64,000 bases of DNA from Gemmatimonadota bacterium. Its GTDB lineage: Bacteria; Gemmatimonadota; Gemmatimonadetes; Palauibacterales; KS3-K002. Made by a program: the position numbers and the translations under genes. The notes beneath the pieces were generated by a model, which did no database searches, was not told where the DNA came from, and was given only the letters and a program-made list of their open reading frames with translations. The stretch spans positions 9,283 to 73,282 of the forward strand of contig JBDHHZ010000001.1 of assembly GCA_039589115.1 (NCBI GenBank), given 5' to 3'. Shown here piece after piece: positions 61,689-64,000 of the stretch. Position 1 is the stretch's first letter, and every line of letters starts with the position of its first letter.

Positions 61689-63494
61689 TCACTGGGCCTG
61701 GTAGAACACCCCCCAGGCTCCAGGGCCCAGGTGTGCCGCGATGACGTTGGCGGCCGGACGGACGAGCACCTCGTCCGCGTCGAACTCGCGGCCCACGATG
61801 CCGGCCAGCTCCTCGGCCATACCTTCGCAACCCACGTGCGCCACCGCCATCCTCAAGCGCCCGGGCTCCGCTGGCAGACTCTGCCGCACCAGCTCGATGA
61901 CCTTGGGGACGAGCGCCTCACTGCCGCGCACATGGCCTGCCGGCACGAGGAAACCCTCCTCGTCCAGGCTCAGCACCGGCTTCAGATCGAGCAAGCCTCC
62001 CAGAAAGGCCTTGGCTTTGCCGACCCGTCCCGAGCGCTGCAAGTGCGTCAGCGTGTCTACCGTGATGAACAGGCCGGACCGCGGTCGGAGACGCTCGAGC
62101 TCTCCGACGATCTCCTCTATCCCACAGCCCTCTTCTGCAAGCTCGGCGGCCCGCAGCACCTGAAACCCGAGCCCGAGCGACGCGGCTCGCGAGTCGAAGA
62201 CGCGGACCACGGCGCCCTCGAAGCGGGAAGCGGCGGCCTGCGCCTGTCCCAGCGTCCCCGATAGGGCGCCCCCGACGAAGATCCCGAGGACATCACCGGC
62301 GTGCTCGGCGGCGCGCCTGTACCCTTCGATCAGCTGCGCCGGCGATGGTTGTGATGTCGTCGGCTGCGGGTGATCTGGATCGAGGAGCCGTTCGAGAAAC
62401 TCCTCGTGCGTGATGTCCACCTGATCCAAGAACGAGCGCTCGCCGAAAATCGCAGTGAGCGGCACGACCGTTATGTCGTGCTCGATGATGAGTTCCGGCG
62501 GGAGATCACATGTCGAATCGGTGACCACTGCCAGTTTACGTTTCGCCAAGCGGCGCCGGGTCTCGTGCTGAGCCCGCATGTCCTCCGCCTTCACGCATTC
62601 CACAGAGCAGCCCAACGCGGCCAACGCTCGCTCTACTTCCGCCGGCTGGTCGGTGTGTATGTGGATCTTCGCGACGGAGTGTGCGCGTGTGACGATCAGC
62701 GAGCCGCCCAGCTCCCTCACCGCCTCTTGCATGGCCCGCTGTTCGGGCGGGTCTCCGCGTACGATGAACTCCGAGCAGAAACGGAAGGCGCGGCCGCCGT
62801 CTTCCGGGAACGCCACCTCCGCCGCCACATCCCTCATCTCCAACGCGGCACCCGGAACCTGCTTCGGGCGGGTCGTGTCGCCGTCTATCAGCCCAACCAT
62901 CCCTTCGACGAAACACACGAAGCCCTTCGCGCCAGCGTCCACCACGTTCGCCTCGCGCAATACGGACAGCAGGTCGGGCGTGCGCTTCAGAGAGTCGCGC
63001 GCCGCCCCCAGCCAGCGCCGCGCCAACTCCTCGAGACCGTGTACGATGAGCGAGAAGCGTTCGACCTCTTCGGTGGCCTCTCTAACTACGGTGAGAATGG
63101 TGCCTTCGATAGGCTGATCGACGGCCTGGTAGAGGGAATTGGAGGCGCGGCGCATCGCGGTGGCCAGATCCTCCGGCCCGGCCCGGTCCCGGCCCTCGAG
63201 ACCTTCGGCGAAACCGAGGAAGTAGTGGGACAGCATCATGCCGGAGTTGCCGCGCGCACCCAGCACCCCGGCTTCGGCTATCCGCGAGGCCATCCCGGCC
63301 ACCGAACCGTCCTCGACTCCATCAACTGCGTCCGCGATCGCGCGCAGCGTCAAGGCGAGGTTGGTGCCGGTGTCGCCGTCAGGAACTGGGAAGACGTTGA
63401 TGCGATCGAGCTCGTCGCGGTGCTCGTAGACGCGCTCCGAGCCCGCCAGAAACAGGCGTTTGAGGCGCCGCCCGTCGCAGTACGCGATACCCAG
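61689..63494 (-). CDS. DAK2 (DhaL-like) domain fused to a DegV-like domain (FakA/YloV-like fatty-acid kinase family); the start codon is non-canonical or unresolved
   Basis: N-terminal DAK2 motifs (DELDRINVFPVPDGDTGTNLAL, GARGNSGMMLSHYF) and C-terminal DegV motifs (KLAVVTDSTCDLP, TSQPSP). The conserved DGDTGTN segment lies upstream of the first in-frame ATG/GTG/TTG (the TTG at 63353). The frame is open back to the rplI stop region. Confidence 0.65.
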   Translation of the reverse strand: MGIAYCDGRRLKRLFLAGSERVYEHRDELDRINVFPVPDGDTGTNLALTLRAIADAVDGVEDGSVAGMASRIAEAGVLGARGNSGMMLSHYFLGFAEGLEGRDRAGPEDLATAMRRASNSLYQAVDQPIEGTILTVVREATEEVERFSLIVHGLEELARRWLGAARDSLKRTPDLLSVLREANVVDAGAKGFVCFVEGMVGLIDGDTTRPKQVPGAALEMRDVAAEVAFPEDGGRAFRFCSEFIVRGDPPEQRAMQEAVRELGGSLIVTRAHSVAKIHIHTDQPAEVERALAALGCSVECVKAEDMRAQHETRRRLAKRKLAVVTDSTCDLPPELIIEHDITVVPLTAIFGERSFLDQVDITHEEFLERLLDPDHPQPTTSQPSPAQLIEGYRRAAEHAGDVLGIFVGGALSGTLGQAQAAASRFEGAVVRVFDSRAASLGLGFQVLRAAELAEEGCGIEEIVGELERLRPRSGLFITVDTLTHLQRSGRVGKAKAFLGGLLDLKPVLSLDEEGFLVPAGHVRGSEALVPKVIELVRQSLPAEPGRLRMAVAHVGCEGMAEELAGIVGREFDADEVLVRPAANVIAAHLGPGAWGVFYQAQ

Positions 63495-63496
63495 GC

Positions 63497-63961
63497 CTAC
63501 TCTCCCTCCTCCTTGATCACCCAGACCTTCACCGACGCCTCCACCTCCGGGTACAGCCTGATCGGAACGGCGTAGACGCCCAGAGCTTTGATCGGCTCGA
63601 CCAGCTGCACGTGCCGGGCCAGTACGTCGTGACCCTGCTCGCCGAGCTGCGCGGCGATGTCCCGCGGTCCCACCGAGCCGTACAACTTGCCCTCGTCAGC
63701 GGCCAGCATCGAGAAGGTGATCGATGCACCTTCCAGGCGCTCCGCTAGCGCCCGGGCGTCGCCCCGGTCCCGCTCTTCCGCCATCAGGGCGGCCGCACGC
63801 TCCTGGTCTAGCAGCCGGCGACTCTGATCCGTAGCCGGATAAGCGAGTCCGTGCGGCAGCAGATAGTTGCGGGCATAGCCCCGCTTCACGCTGACAACAT
63901 CGCCAACATCGCCGAGGTTGTCGACCTTTCTTCTCAGGATCACATCTTGACTCTTACCCAC
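63497..63961 (-). CDS. rplI: 50S ribosomal protein L9
   Basis: 154-aa L9 sequence (VILRRKVDNLGDVGDVVSVKRGYARNYLLPHGLA...); ends ...KVWVIKEEGE. Confidence 0.92.
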   Translation of the reverse strand: MGKSQDVILRRKVDNLGDVGDVVSVKRGYARNYLLPHGLAYPATDQSRRLLDQERAAALMAEERDRGDARALAERLEGASITFSMLAADEGKLYGSVGPRDIAAQLGEQGHDVLARHVQLVEPIKALGVYAVPIRLYPEVEASVKVWVIKEEGE

Positions 63962-64000
63962 TGTGCCACTCCAGATCTAGAATAGTCCTTCCGAATCGTC

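Overview
This is a high-GC (~67%) bacterial chromosomal window packed with conserved housekeeping genes, most of them on the minus strand. Taxonomy cannot be confirmed from sequence alone; the gene content (bshB, MglA/MglB, DAHP synthase with N-terminal regulatory domain, long acidic RpsB tail) is compatible with Gemmatimonadota- or Deinococcus-like lineages. Recognisable minus-strand operons: gatC-gatA-gatB; a UvrD/PcrA helicase, histidine kinase and serS; rseP-dxr-cdsA-uppS-frr-pyrH-tsf-rpsB-rpsI-rplM; a sigma-70 factor and lepB; dnaJ-grpE; cinA-pgsA-mglA-mglB-(small ORF)-recR-ybaB-dnaX; and smc, two SPOR-domain proteins, rsfS and rplI. The plus strand carries manC, a TolC/MacA/MacB-type efflux system with two separate permeases, bshB, a cysteine desulfurase and mnmA. 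I found no CRISPR array, transposase, integrase, prophage or obvious defence genes, so I cannot identify a clear-cut novel multi-gene system. The less ordinary content is: (1) several families of intergenic palindromic repeats built from tandem 6-8-mers, at least five distinct kinds, some in several copies, flanking housekeeping genes; (2) a MglA/MglB Ras-like GTPase module embedded in the dnaX-ybaB-recR cluster, with an extra co-oriented small ORF and an orphan Roadblock gene elsewhere; (3) a 1086-aa outer-membrane protein combining an HExxH metallopeptidase-like domain, TolB-type beta-propeller repeats and an Omp85-like C-terminus; (4) gene-structure anomalies: a frameshifted secreted PPC-repeat protein, a tandem degenerate copy of the lepB 3' half with an in-frame TGA, and a DAK2-DegV (FakA-like) gene whose conserved N-terminus lies upstream of any canonical start codon; (5) a ParA/MinD-like ORF with a degenerate Walker A motif between two SPOR-domain proteins next to smc. 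All coordinates I derived by hand are approximate (about +/-3 nt).
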